From positions 512,001 through 576,000 of the forward strand of contig BK006938.2 of assembly GCA_000146045.2 (NCBI GenBank): a stretch of 64,000 nucleotides of DNA. The letters run 5' to 3'. This DNA comes from TPA_inf: Saccharomyces (Eukaryota). Below, one piece after another: positions 46,511-57,770 of the stretch. The notes below the pieces were generated by a model that saw only the letters and a list, made by a program, of their open reading frames with translations, ran no database searches and was not told where the DNA came from. Each line of letters starts with the position of its first letter. The stretch's first letter is position 1. The position numbers and the translations under genes were made by a program.

Positions 46511-48625
46511 CTATATTTGAAATCTGAGATTTTCAATTAACGAGTCAATAGCCTCAAAATTTAAATCGTTTTCAGCGAAAGACAAATGCTTCTCAGAAAC
46601 TATGTGTTGTTCTAAAGATTCGTATTTTACACGACAATTTTCACAGTATCCGGAATTTTTTACCGTTTCTTTCTTCACCGGCTGTGCTGTCTGTGCTGTC
46701 TGTGCGTTAAAATGTAAGGTGACGTTTGTGGAAGTTGATTTCTTCGATGCTGTTGGAGATTCTGTGGTTGTTATCTTGATGTCATTATGAACTTTGGAGT
46801 CTGCGGAGACTGATTTGGTAGCTACCTTAGGGAAATTCTGGGGCTTTCTATTAGTTTCTAAGTGTACAGCACTATCTTTGCCCGTCTCTTTCGAAGGGGC
46901 TTCGTCTTTTTTCAAAGCATTAAAATCTAATCTGTGTCTATTTTCCTTTGATGTTTCAGCAGTAGTTGCTATAGTGGCTGTATAATTTTTGTTATTTCCA
47001 TTTGTCTGCTTTACTCCCAGCTTTCTATCAACCATTAGTCTACTTAATGACTTCATGTTCTTACTCATGACGCTTGCTCTTGTTGGGCCCAAACCATTGC
47101 CAAAAGAGGTTGCCACATCATTAGATTGATGTGCACCACTTGCTTTGATTTCAAATGCCTGACGTGACTTTGTTTTCAAAGTGCACAAATCATCCGGCAC
47201 TTCTTCAGTTTCTTGCCTTGCAAAAGTAGCTAATACTGGATGGTTTAGTTTTGGTGTGGCAGCCAGCTCTTTTCGCTGTGGGTACTTATTCGATTCTTCT
47301 GCTATAGATTGTTTATTTTCTTTTTCTTCTTTCAACGGAGGCTCTTTGGTTTCAGTTTCATTTAATAATATACTATTTTTTTCATCGGTTTGGTCAGCAT
47401 GTTCATTACGAACATCTTGAACTGCGCTATCATCCGTCTTCTTTAACTCGGTCTTCTCAAAATTTTTTGCCTTTTCTTGCATCCATTTTTTGAAGCTCTT
47501 GGTAGAATCGTTGCATGTGTGAGGTATGAATATTAGGTTTTTCGTTTGATCATTAACTGATGACGTATTCAGTAAGGTGTCGGCATGATATTGAAATAGA
47601 GCACGAAGTTGCAGTGCATATTTTTTGTTTGCTTTGTCTCTCGAGTATCTCTTTACTACGCGCTTATAAGAACTTTCGTCATAATTCCTATCCCCTATAA
47701 AAGGGCATCTTCCGAATGAACCTATTTTCAATATTGGGTAAGGTAGTTCGTCTAAGTTTGTTAGTTCTTGAGGTTTCCATTCCAAAGTTATTATGGGGGC
47801 CCAAGTTTGCCATAGGTCATAAAGGTATACATGAGGATATTTAAAGTAGTGAATATCGTCTCTTTTAGTTCTGGGGTCTCTATCCGTTGGTCCATATAAT
47901 TTTTCATTGTGTAGAAGATTGGACAATGTGGGCGCAGCTAAAGAAGCAGATTTAGTCTTGCTCAAATGATCCAAATCAACATCAAGATTTTTCAGAAATC
48001 TGGCAGCCTTTTCGTAACTCCAAACTTTCATGTAGTTTTTTTTAGCTCTCGATAAAATGTCGGTATCTTTTAGTAAATATATGTTCTCAACAGACCTTCT
48101 TGTGATAACTATTGTGACAGTAGTGTCAAAAAATTGAGTTATTTGCGCACCCAATGTAAGAAACCCTCTTTTCAATAAATCTCTGCGTTTGTCCATCTTG
48201 GACTTATTATATGTATTCATCTCTACATCATCAGTAATGTCAAAGTAAATGCGAGAATCTCTTTTCATTATCTTTTTCCAATTTGTTTGCCATTCCAGCA
48301 ATTCCTTAGGCGTAACCCTTGGCTCGACATTTTTCAGACCCGTACCTTTGCTGACTTGGACAGCGCCTTCAATAGACCTGGCCCTTTCTATTCTGGCCCT
48401 TTTCTTTTCATGCAAATGCTGCTGCTGTTGGAGCTCGAGGCGCTCAAGAGATCTTTTCTTCGGAAAGGATTCAGTGGTATTGTTATTGTTGCAATTATTG
48501 TCGTTAGAAAACACATTCAAGTGGCCCGCTGCTGTTGTTGATGCGGCAATTCCATTATTATGTTTCAAGTTGGTATCTGTTTCCTTTAACGGAGACCTTA
48601 TTATCATTTTCGTTGGAGAAACCAT
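46511..48625 (-). CDS. DBF4: Regulatory subunit of the Cdc7 S-phase kinase (DDK), 704 aa, with C-terminal CCHH zinc-finger motif
   Basis: 704-aa ORF, C-terminal CENCRVKYESLEQHIVSEKH. Recognised. Confidence 0.85.
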   Translation of the reverse strand: MVSPTKMIIRSPLKETDTNLKHNNGIAASTTAAGHLNVFSNDNNCNNNNTTESFPKKRSLERLELQQQQHLHEKKRARIERARSIEGAVQVSKGTGLKNVEPRVTPKELLEWQTNWKKIMKRDSRIYFDITDDVEMNTYNKSKMDKRRDLLKRGFLTLGAQITQFFDTTVTIVITRRSVENIYLLKDTDILSRAKKNYMKVWSYEKAARFLKNLDVDLDHLSKTKSASLAAPTLSNLLHNEKLYGPTDRDPRTKRDDIHYFKYPHVYLYDLWQTWAPIITLEWKPQELTNLDELPYPILKIGSFGRCPFIGDRNYDESSYKRVVKRYSRDKANKKYALQLRALFQYHADTLLNTSSVNDQTKNLIFIPHTCNDSTKSFKKWMQEKAKNFEKTELKKTDDSAVQDVRNEHADQTDEKNSILLNETETKEPPLKEEKENKQSIAEESNKYPQRKELAATPKLNHPVLATFARQETEEVPDDLCTLKTKSRQAFEIKASGAHQSNDVATSFGNGLGPTRASVMSKNMKSLSRLMVDRKLGVKQTNGNNKNYTATIATTAETSKENRHRLDFNALKKDEAPSKETGKDSAVHLETNRKPQNFPKVATKSVSADSKVHNDIKITTTESPTASKKSTSTNVTLHFNAQTAQTAQPVKKETVKNSGYCENCRVKYESLEQHIVSEKHLSFAENDLNFEAIDSLIENLRFQI

Positions 48626-49439
48626 TTTCTTCTTTCTTTTCTAAATATGAACCAAAAGCAGAATTCCAAATGCCTTTCAGATTCAAACCTTGAATTCTGA
48701 AGATAACTAGCCCTGCAAGCGAATTCAGATCTAAAGGAATCTACACCTGGCTGAGTATAGACTATGCAACTTGATTTTTGTTTTTCTTGGCCTGAGCCAT
48801 TACCGTTATTATTATCGTTATTTCTTTATTTTTTTCTTTTTCGCAAAGATCGACCTAAGACGCGTTTGCAAAAAAAAAACCATTTACTTACTGCGGGTAA
48901 AATATTAAAAGAAACTTAGGCGTTAGCCAAGAACCGATAAGAAAATAAAAATAAAAAAGGTAATGAGGAATTAGATGCAAAGAGATATAGATATAAACAC
49001 ACACACACAAATATATATTTATATACATATGTATGGTGATATATATTCAAAAAAAAAAAGTACAGTAACTTAGAAACTATTAGTGGGACGGATTTGGTTT
49101 TCTTATTTCTTTCTTTTTAAAAAACTTTCTTAATATACACGTTTGTGGTTATAAGGTGGTGTAAAGTAATGTAATGATATACACTTTTTTTCTCAATTCT
49201 TTACCTTCTTCTTTCGTACGGTGTACTGCGAGAAGTAAAATGGGATGATGAATTAATTTTTCTAAATTTTTCTTCGACACTTAGTTATTTTCTTCTTCCC
49301 CTGTCAATCTCAGATTATCATAGGGAAAAATGTAAAGTGCTTTATCGACAACGTATCGCGTATGTATAAATTGATTCATGTTTTGCGTTTGAGCTGAATA
49401 TGTTTTGTTAAATTTTGTCTTCTTTCTTACTGTTCTTTT

Positions 49440-50327
49440 TTATATTTTCTTTGAAACTCTTTCTACATCCTCCACATCTTCACTTTCATCTTCAGCCTTG
49501 TGGGGTTGTTTCCTATCCATGACGCTGTCGTTATCTATACTATCGTCGTCATCATCGTCATCATCTTCGAATTCGATTCTTTCGTCATCGTCGTCGTTGT
49601 CGTTATAGTTGTAAACGTCATCATCTTCAAAGGGGATATGGTTGTTTCCATCGTCGTAGTCGTCGTCTTGTAAAATGACGGACCCGTTCTCATCGTCGTC
49701 CAAATCACTATCATACCAAAAATTATCCGCCATATCCTTATTCGATTCTGGTTCATCTAGTTTACTTTGAGATATGTACGCCGATTCAGAAGTGGGCATT
49801 ATGAAACCTTTAGGGATATCTTGTTTCGATCTTTCCACTTCCATTTTGACTCTTTGCTTGTATTGTTCAGGGTTCTTTCTGTAATCAACAGCGGCATCGA
49901 CATTTGCTGGCGAGTTGATATTGGGGTCCTCTAATAGAGATACTATAGAGATCAACACACTTTCCACGGTCTGCACGGGGGACCACGTTTCAGCATCAGG
50001 TTCGTCGGTCATAGGATCCCCACTTTGATGTAAAATAGAAATACAAAGCCTGCCATCCCTGTAAACGTTTGGATGGTAGATAGCCGGCGTAAATCGAAAC
50101 TGTGGTGGAGAAAAGGGAAAGTCTTCCGGAAATCTCATTTGAGCTTTGAAAAACCCTCCATGATAAATGGAATCCTCATTTAGCACCATAACACCTATGT
50201 TCCAAGTGAAAATATTTGAATCATCCTCTAGTTCTATATGAAATGAGGGAATAGCTTTCTTAGGATCAGTAAGTTCTCTATATTGCCGTAACAGTAAGCT
50301 AGAAGCGGTGCTTTTGCGACTACTCAT
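49440..50327 (-). CDS. CDC34: Ubiquitin-conjugating enzyme E2 of the SCF pathway with long acidic C-terminal tail, 295 aa
   Basis: UBC fold with HPN motif and active-site Cys (HPNVYRDGRLCISIL), poly-Asp/Glu tail. Confidence 0.9.
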   Translation of the reverse strand: MSSRKSTASSLLLRQYRELTDPKKAIPSFHIELEDDSNIFTWNIGVMVLNEDSIYHGGFFKAQMRFPEDFPFSPPQFRFTPAIYHPNVYRDGRLCISILHQSGDPMTDEPDAETWSPVQTVESVLISIVSLLEDPNINSPANVDAAVDYRKNPEQYKQRVKMEVERSKQDIPKGFIMPTSESAYISQSKLDEPESNKDMADNFWYDSDLDDDENGSVILQDDDYDDGNNHIPFEDDDVYNYNDNDDDDERIEFEDDDDDDDDSIDNDSVMDRKQPHKAEDESEDVEDVERVSKKI

Positions 50328-51526
50328 ATTTACGTTGTATTGTTCTTTTTTCCTTGTTTGGTGTACTAAAAAATAACAGTCGCTATAAGTCCTAAACAGT
50401 AAAGGACAAAGATGTCAGCGGCAGAGAGTATAAAGGAGTACTATTCGACTGAAATAACAAACGCAAAGCTCCTATTATTTTGTAATAGTATGCTCTTTAT
50501 TGTCCTTCTTAACTTTAAGTTTCTGCTCTTGTTCTTTACAGATTCAAGAGGAAACCAAAAAAAAATCAAAGAAAAAGAATCGAATTTTTCCCAAAATGAA
50601 AGTGTAAGGAAAAAAAAAGAGGAGATAGAAAATCCGAAGAACCCCAAGGGACGGACAAACACAAGACGATGCTGCACGTGGTTAGTTTTGTAAGCGCAGG
50701 TTACGATAAAGAGCATAAACAAATCATTACTAAGAGCGGTATACAAGAATAAAGTGACAAACAGTTCTCCCTATTTAACGCACTTAACGTAGGTTCCATC
50801 ATTATGATGCTATTGCCACATCAAATCTCCTTTGGACTGAACCCGCATTAGTAATTGCCCGCTTTTCTTTTCTTCCGCGGGTGGGCCCCATAAATAGAAA
50901 AAAAAAGAAAGAAAGCGTTTAAATAAATAGAGTGAGCGGATTTCTATTATCTGAAAACCGGGTTATAATGCACGTGATATGCACGTGGGAGCTGGGCGGC
51001 TATTTTTTTCTTTTTCAAATGTATTTGAGTCGTTTAAAATAGCACTCCCCGTTGACCCGCCAACTCATTTTTGTTTTCTCTTTACGGAAAAGGCTTTAAA
51101 TTAAGGCCCGCATTTTCGGTATCCTTGAGGGAAAAAAACCAAAGAAACCCAAAAAAGACCACAAAGCTGGGATATCTTAATTAGTAGAGAGGGCTTTTAG
51201 TTTTAATAGTGTTACGAGTCTCTAAAAATAGCGTAGGCACACTGCCCTGATTCGGACTTTGATCAGAGTTTATTACTACAAAGAGTAATGTTGAATGATT
51301 GGGCTGGGTTTTCATAGCATTAACTCTAAGTAATATCATTCAACCGCTCAAGGTTCCTTACGAGCAAACCCATATATGCTCTACAGATAAACATATAAAT
51401 AGCGTGCATATTCTTCTCTATTCAACTCTTGCTCTGTATAGTTCAATAGAATCTTACAGTACATCACGCTGCAATAGATCTAATCCAAGAGAGAAGCAAA
51501 AAAAAAAAGCTCGCTATAAAAATATC

Positions 51527-52861
51527 ATGCAATTACATTCACTTATCGCTTCAACTGCGCTCTTAATAACGTCAGCTTTGGCTGCTACTTCCTCTTCTTC
51601 CAGCATACCCTCTTCCTGTACCATAAGCTCACATGCCACGGCCACAGCTCAGAGTGACTTAGATAAATATAGCCGCTGTGATACGTTAGTCGGGAACTTA
51701 ACTATTGGTGGTGGTTTGAAGACTGGTGCTTTGGCTAATGTTAAAGAAATCAACGGGTCTCTAACTATATTTAACGCTACAAATCTAACCTCATTCGCTG
51801 CTGATTCCTTGGAGTCCATCACAGATTCTTTGAACCTACAGAGTTTGACAATCTTGACTTCTGCTTCATTTGGGTCTTTACAGAGCGTTGATAGTATAAA
51901 ACTGATTACTCTACCCGCCATCTCCAGTTTTACTTCAAATATCAAATCTGCTAACAACATTTATATTTCCGACACTTCGTTACAATCTGTCGATGGATTC
52001 TCAGCCTTGAAAAAAGTTAACGTGTTCAACGTCAATAACAATAAGAAATTAACCTCGATCAAATCTCCAGTTGAAACAGTCAGCGATTCTTTACAATTTT
52101 CGTTCAACGGTAACCAGACTAAAATCACCTTCGATGACTTGGTTTGGGCAAACAATATCAGTTTGACCGATGTCCACTCTGTTTCCTTCGCTAACTTGCA
52201 AAAGATTAACTCTTCATTGGGTTTCATCAACAACTCCATCTCAAGTTTGAATTTCACTAAGCTAAACACCATTGGCCAAACCTTCAGTATCGTTTCCAAT
52301 GACTACTTGAAGAACTTGTCGTTCTCTAATTTGTCAACCATAGGTGGTGCTCTTGTCGTTGCTAACAACACTGGTTTACAAAAAATTGGTGGTCTCGACA
52401 ACCTAACAACCATTGGCGGTACTTTGGAAGTTGTTGGTAACTTCACCTCCTTGAACCTAGACTCTTTGAAGTCTGTCAAGGGTGGCGCAGATGTCGAATC
52501 AAAGTCAAGCAATTTCTCCTGTAATGCTTTGAAAGCTTTGCAAAAGAAAGGGGGTATCAAGGGTGAATCTTTTGTCTGCAAAAATGGTGCATCATCCACA
52601 TCTGTTAAACTATCGTCCACTTCCAAATCTCAATCAAGCCAAACTACTGCCAAGGTTTCCAAGTCATCTTCTAAGGCCGAGGAAAAGAAGTTCACTTCTG
52701 GCGATATCAAGGCTGCTGCTTCTGCCTCTAGTGTTTCTAGTTCTGGCGCTTCCAGCTCTAGCTCTAAGAGTTCCAAAGGCAATGCCGCTATCATGGCACC
52801 AATTGGCCAAACAACCCCTTTGGTCGGTCTTTTGACGGCAATCATCATGTCTATAATGTAA
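51527..52861 (+). CDS. PST1: GPI-anchored cell-wall/plasma-membrane glycoprotein of the Ecm33/Sps2 family, 444 aa, Ser-rich C-terminus with GPI signal
   Basis: Signal peptide MQLHSLIASTALLITSALA, leucine-rich receptor-L-like repeats, Ser-rich stalk and hydrophobic C-terminus. The start is the internal ATG 51527. Confidence 0.8.
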   Translation: MQLHSLIASTALLITSALAATSSSSSIPSSCTISSHATATAQSDLDKYSRCDTLVGNLTIGGGLKTGALANVKEINGSLTIFNATNLTSFAADSLESITDSLNLQSLTILTSASFGSLQSVDSIKLITLPAISSFTSNIKSANNIYISDTSLQSVDGFSALKKVNVFNVNNNKKLTSIKSPVETVSDSLQFSFNGNQTKITFDDLVWANNISLTDVHSVSFANLQKINSSLGFINNSISSLNFTKLNTIGQTFSIVSNDYLKNLSFSNLSTIGGALVVANNTGLQKIGGLDNLTTIGGTLEVVGNFTSLNLDSLKSVKGGADVESKSSNFSCNALKALQKKGGIKGESFVCKNGASSTSVKLSSTSKSQSSQTTAKVSKSSSKAEEKKFTSGDIKAAASASSVSSSGASSSSSKSSKGNAAIMAPIGQTTPLVGLLTAIIMSIM

Positions 52862-53022
52862 TGGAATGAAGAAATATTCTTCATTTTTGATAACTAGTAC
52901 CTGTCATTCACGACATGTGAACAAATAAAAACATTTATTTAAAAATTTTATGTATTCAAATATTTTCGGGAAAGAGATAAAAGTAACGACACTTAAAAAT
53001 TTAAAAAATCACAATACTTTAT

Positions 53023-53640
53023 TTACTCAGTCTTTTGATCAGCTCCGGCACCTCCTTGTTGTTGCTTCTTTGCTGAGCCCGCAACAAAATTGTAAATCAA
53101 TAGGCCTAAAAGTAACATTTTCCAGTTCTTTTGAAACCAAGACACCTCCTTAACCTCTTCATCTTCTTCGAATTGTGCAGTGCTTCCATCCTTATTCTTA
53201 CTAGCTTTTTTATCAGCATAAGTTTTGGTTTTCTTCTTTAATTTGGTGACTGGTGCAGTAGGTCCCGCTTCTGGATATCTGACTGTAGCAGTAATAGCAT
53301 CGTTAGTCTCGTCATATGATAACGACACTTGTTTGACCTCATTATCTTCATCTACATCCACAATTAAATCGTATTTTAGTGGTGTCCTCAGCTTCATGTA
53401 GCTAAAACATGGCATATCCAGCTTACCTTCAATCTGGGCATTCAAACAGTATTCTCCAGAAACTTCAACATCCTGTATATTAACGGTTGTTACTGTAACA
53501 TTCCCATCGGATGTACTATCAATCTCAAATGTTCCTAGGGGTATAGCGTCTTTCGCATCATCTGAATAGCTTAATTGTAAAATATCAGCACAGAAAACCA
53601 TGCTGGCCAATAAAATCACACGCAACAGCCGCACAAGCAT
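53023..53640 (-). CDS. EMC10: ER membrane protein complex subunit, 205 aa (signal peptide, C-terminal TM)
   Basis: MLVRLLRVILLASMVFCADILQLSYSD... The position matches YDR056C. The start is chosen at the internal ATG 53640 from the remembered 205-aa length. Confidence 0.6.
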   Translation of the reverse strand: MLVRLLRVILLASMVFCADILQLSYSDDAKDAIPLGTFEIDSTSDGNVTVTTVNIQDVEVSGEYCLNAQIEGKLDMPCFSYMKLRTPLKYDLIVDVDEDNEVKQVSLSYDETNDAITATVRYPEAGPTAPVTKLKKKTKTYADKKASKNKDGSTAQFEEDEEVKEVSWFQKNWKMLLLGLLIYNFVAGSAKKQQQGGAGADQKTE

Positions 53641-53926
53641 CTTTCCTTCAATGAGTATTGTACAGTTCTTGTTAGATAGTGTTGAATAGTACCACCTTGT
53701 TTTTTTACTCAAAGTGTCTTTTATATACTTCTAATTATTCCTATATTTGGTTGGGTTTTTAAGTTACCAATGCAAATACAGTGGTTAGAGACCCAGCGCA
53801 CGTATGCAAAAAAATACAGCGGAAATTTCAAGTAAAAATGTAGCTTCATAAAAAAGAAGCAGATTCCCTAAAATAAGCAATAGATCTTCACATATATCGT
53901 TATCATCCCCTTTCTTCCCTGTTTCA

Positions 53927-55555
53927 ATGCAAGCTAAAATTATATATGCTCTGAGCGCAATTTCTGCGTTGATTCCGTTAGGATCATCACTATTAGCACC
54001 TATAGAAGACCCCATAGTATCGAATAAGTACCTCATATCTTACATCGATGAGGACGACTGGAGTGATAGGATATTACAAAATCAGTCTGTCATGAACTCG
54101 GGATATATAGTGAATATGGGCGACGACCTTGAATGCTTTATTCAAAATGCAAGCACTCAATTGAATGATGTATTGGAAGACTCAAATGAGCATAGCAATA
54201 GTGAAAAGACAGCATTATTAACTAAAACCCTGAATCAAGGTGTTAAGACAATTTTCGATAAATTAAATGAACGGTGCATCTTCTACCAAGCCGGATTTTG
54301 GATTTACGAGTACTGTCCTGGCATAGAATTTGTTCAGTTCCATGGTAGAGTAAATACAAAAACTGGTGAAATAGTAAATCGAGATGAATCTTTGGTCTAC
54401 CGCCTGGGAAAACCAAAAGCAAATGTAGAAGAGAGAGAATTTGAACTACTTTATGACGATGTAGGATATTACATCAGCGAAATTATAGGGTCAGGTGATA
54501 TTTGCGATGTGACGGGGGCTGAAAGAATGGTTGAAATACAATATGTCTGTGGCGGCTCAAACTCTGGACCATCGACTATTCAATGGGTGAGAGAAACAAA
54601 AATTTGTGTTTATGAAGCCCAAGTTACCATACCTGAATTGTGCAATTTAGAATTACTAGCCAAAAATGAAGACCAAAAGAACGCCTCACCTATACTTTGC
54701 AGGATGCCCGCAAAATCAAAAATTGGTAGTAACTCTATTGATTTAATCACCAAATATGAACCGATTTTTTTAGGTTCTGGAATATACTTTCTAAGGCCCT
54801 TTAACACCGACGAAAGAGACAAATTAATGGTTACTGACAATGCCATGTCAAATTGGGATGAGATTACGGAAACATATTACCAGAAATTTGGAAATGCCAT
54901 AAACAAAATGCTTAGTTTGAGATTAGTATCGTTACCTAATGGACATATTCTCCAGCCTGGTGACTCATGTGTTTGGTTGGCGGAAGTGGTTGATATGAAA
55001 GATCGGTTTCAAACCACTTTATCGTTGAACATACTTAATTCACAGAGAGCAGAGATATTTTTCAACAAGACGTTTACATTTAATGAAGATAATGGAAACT
55101 TCCTATCATACAAAATTGGGGATCATGGCGAGTCAACTGAACTTGGTCAAATAACCCACTCAAACAAAGCAGATATAAATACCGCAGAAATTCGGTCAGA
55201 TGAATACTTAATTAACACTGATAATGAGCTATTCTTGAGGATTTCTAAGGAGATAGCAGAAGTGAAAGAATTATTAAACGAAATCGTAAGTCCACATGAA
55301 ATGGAAGTAATATTTGAAAACATGAGAAATCAACCGAATAATGATTTTGAACTGGCGTTGATGAACAAGTTGAAATCCTCATTAAATGATGATAACAAAG
55401 TTGAGCAGATAAACAACGCAAGGATGGATGATGATGAAAGCACTAGTCATACAACCAGAGACATCGGGGAAGCTGGATCACAAACGACAGGGAATACTGA
55501 ATCGGAGGTAACAAACGTAGCAGCTGGTGTTTTCATCGAACATGATGAGCTTTAA
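53927..55555 (+). CDS. YOS9: ER quality-control lectin (MRH domain) of the Hrd1 ERAD complex, 542 aa, C-terminal HDEL
   Basis: Signal peptide, MRH-domain cysteines, terminal ...EHDEL. Confidence 0.85.
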   Translation: MQAKIIYALSAISALIPLGSSLLAPIEDPIVSNKYLISYIDEDDWSDRILQNQSVMNSGYIVNMGDDLECFIQNASTQLNDVLEDSNEHSNSEKTALLTKTLNQGVKTIFDKLNERCIFYQAGFWIYEYCPGIEFVQFHGRVNTKTGEIVNRDESLVYRLGKPKANVEEREFELLYDDVGYYISEIIGSGDICDVTGAERMVEIQYVCGGSNSGPSTIQWVRETKICVYEAQVTIPELCNLELLAKNEDQKNASPILCRMPAKSKIGSNSIDLITKYEPIFLGSGIYFLRPFNTDERDKLMVTDNAMSNWDEITETYYQKFGNAINKMLSLRLVSLPNGHILQPGDSCVWLAEVVDMKDRFQTTLSLNILNSQRAEIFFNKTFTFNEDNGNFLSYKIGDHGESTELGQITHSNKADINTAEIRSDEYLINTDNELFLRISKEIAEVKELLNEIVSPHEMEVIFENMRNQPNNDFELALMNKLKSSLNDDNKVEQINNARMDDDESTSHTTRDIGEAGSQTTGNTESEVTNVAAGVFIEHDEL

Positions 55556-55722
55556 ACAAGGAGGAGTATAAACTTTTAATTTTTTTTTTTCACGTTTTGC
55601 CTTTTATATACCGATTAAATATTTATATTTCTGACTTTTTCTTTACCGACACCAACAGGTGTAGGCTCAAAACATAAAAAAAAAGAGTATTCTATAAACA
55701 GTTCTTACGAATAGAACAACTC

Positions 55723-56703
55723 TTAAAATCCTTTTCTTGCCAAGTCATCGGTTATCTTCAAGTAAAAATTCAGGATGTCAACCTTCTCTCCGACAGTAGT
55801 GGTACGAAAAAATTTACTCCAATCATCCTGTAACTTATTTTTCCAATTGATGACGTCCAGATGATCCATGTCCTTCAAAGTCCCCCTGTATTCACCCCAT
55901 TTACTACTATTTATGGTTACAAGGCCATCGTTGGGGCAACCTTTAGACCTTTCATAAACAATTTTCCAGGGAGTACAAAAGACATTGTACCACTTAGGCA
56001 CAAAGGAGCATCCATACGAAAAATAAGAGACTTTTGGACTATTTGGCGTAACCAAATTGAAATATTTCATATACGCAGTCGTGAGTTGGTAGAAACATAT
56101 TGGCAATATCTTTTGGCTAACTCTCAAGGCATTTAGATTTTCAAAAAGGTCGACTACGTAATCGGCCATTTCTGACCCTCTATGTGGAGTTGAAATAGTG
56201 GTTAGGCTCAATATATCGTAATTCCTATTTTTTATATTGCAAATTAGATATCGGCAGTCTAGTCCCCCCATTGAGTGTGCGATTAGATTTAACGAATGTC
56301 GCTTATCCTTCGACTCGATTTTCTTTACTTCTTTCTGTAACTGAGCATCCAAAGCCATTGCTCTTTCCTCGATGCTACCAAAACCTGGTACCTTAGTGGT
56401 GATAACAGTACATCCCTTAGATTGAAGAAATTTTTTAACGCCAATCCAATATTCAATCTCCAACAAATTTGTGTACTTGTTATCACTCTTATCTTCGTCA
56501 TCCTGCATGAAATTTTCTGCCATATTATGTACTATTGAATTGGAAATTAGGTTTGTCAGATGGAATACAGAAGGGATTAGAATTAATTTGTCAAATCCTG
56601 ATAAACCATGGCAAAATACAATAGGATTTTTTGGGGGCTTGTACGAATCAGGAACTTTGACGGAGTCTATTATTATATCATTAGCTTTATTATCATTTTT
56701 CAT
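55723..56703 (-). CDS. TGL2: Mitochondria-localised triacylglycerol lipase with bacterial-lipase-like GHSMG motif, 326 aa
   Basis: LIAHSMGGLD nucleophile-elbow motif; recognised. Confidence 0.8.
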   Translation of the reverse strand: MKNDNKANDIIIDSVKVPDSYKPPKNPIVFCHGLSGFDKLILIPSVFHLTNLISNSIVHNMAENFMQDDEDKSDNKYTNLLEIEYWIGVKKFLQSKGCTVITTKVPGFGSIEERAMALDAQLQKEVKKIESKDKRHSLNLIAHSMGGLDCRYLICNIKNRNYDILSLTTISTPHRGSEMADYVVDLFENLNALRVSQKILPICFYQLTTAYMKYFNLVTPNSPKVSYFSYGCSFVPKWYNVFCTPWKIVYERSKGCPNDGLVTINSSKWGEYRGTLKDMDHLDVINWKNKLQDDWSKFFRTTTVGEKVDILNFYLKITDDLARKGF

Positions 56704-56881
56704 TTTTTTTATGCTTTTCCTCCTTTAAAACAAGACGCTTTATTCTCTATATTCTTCCTTGTACATATTTTCAATAGCGGTTCATATTAGGCTCATTATG
56801 AGAAAAGGTTGGTGAGAAATTTAGCATATTTTAAACAATCATTTAGCTAGATGAATCAGAATGTTTTTCCGACAAATAGTA

Positions 56882-56953
56882 GCTCGCGTGGCGTAATGGC
56901 AACGCGTCTGACTTCTAATCAGAAGATTATGGGTTCGACCCCCATCGTGAGTG
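56882..56953 (+). tRNA. tRNA-Arg, anticodon UCU
   Basis: GCTCGCGTGGCGTAATGGCAACGCGTCTGACTTCTAATCAGAAGATTATGGGTTCGACCCCCATCGTGAGTG. The acceptor GCTCGCG pairs with CGTGAGT (with G-U pairs). Anticodon loop CTTCTAA. Confidence 0.85.
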
Positions 56954-56963
56954 CTTTGTTTCT

Positions 56964-57035
56964 TCCGTGATAGTTTAATGGTCAGAATGGGCGCTTGTCG
57001 CGTGCCAGATCGGGGTTCAATTCCCCGTCGCGGAG
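56964..57035 (+). tRNA. tRNA-Asp, anticodon GUC, 10 nt downstream of tRNA-Arg (dicistronic Pol III unit)
   Basis: TCCGTGATAGTTTAATGGTCAGAATGGGCGCTTGTCGCGTGCCAGATCGGGGTTCAATTCCCCGTCGCGGAG. Anticodon loop CTTGTCG. The T-run terminator follows only the second tRNA. Confidence 0.85.
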
Positions 57036-57233
57036 AATTTTTTTTAATTGATAGTAGCAGGTACAGGAGAAAGAGTAAATAATAGAAAGCAAGGTACGTG
57101 ATGGGAATTGATCAAACTAATATCGCTATACCTATAAGAATTTGCGTGTTTGTATACGTAAAGAATATATAATATATTGATGTGTGCGCTGAGGAAGGTA
57201 AGTCTACACAATTTATCCGTTAGCCCAAATTAA

Positions 57234-57647
<414 letters not shown>

Positions 57648-57723
57648 TCAAAAAAGAAACTCATGTTAGTAATCCTTTTTCTTTACAGATCAAGAAAAAT
57701 CATTCATTTTATTTTTAACATAC

Positions 57724-57770
57724 CTCCCTAAATCACTTAATTCCTTGGCAATACGCTTGGAGGAAGACAT
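57724..57770 (-). CDS. UBC5: Exon 1 of UBC5 (ATG at 57770; 47 nt, MSSSKRIAKELSDLG plus first two nt of the Arg codon)
   Basis: Followed on the minus strand by the intron: GTATGT donor (57723-57718), TACTAAC branch point (57671-57665) and a U-rich tract ending in AAG (57636-57634). Confidence 0.8.

Noticed and set aside
48249-48644. 131-aa plus-strand ORF overlapping the DBF4 5-prime end (YDR053W-like dubious ORF)
   Set aside because: Antisense to DBF4 coding sequence, with a Cys/Leu/Phe-rich chance frame.
49405-49608. 67-aa poly-Ser ORF and the 73-aa Thr/Met-rich ORF at 49535-49756
   Set aside because: They are alternative-frame or antisense readings of the GAT/GAC-rich acidic tail of CDC34.
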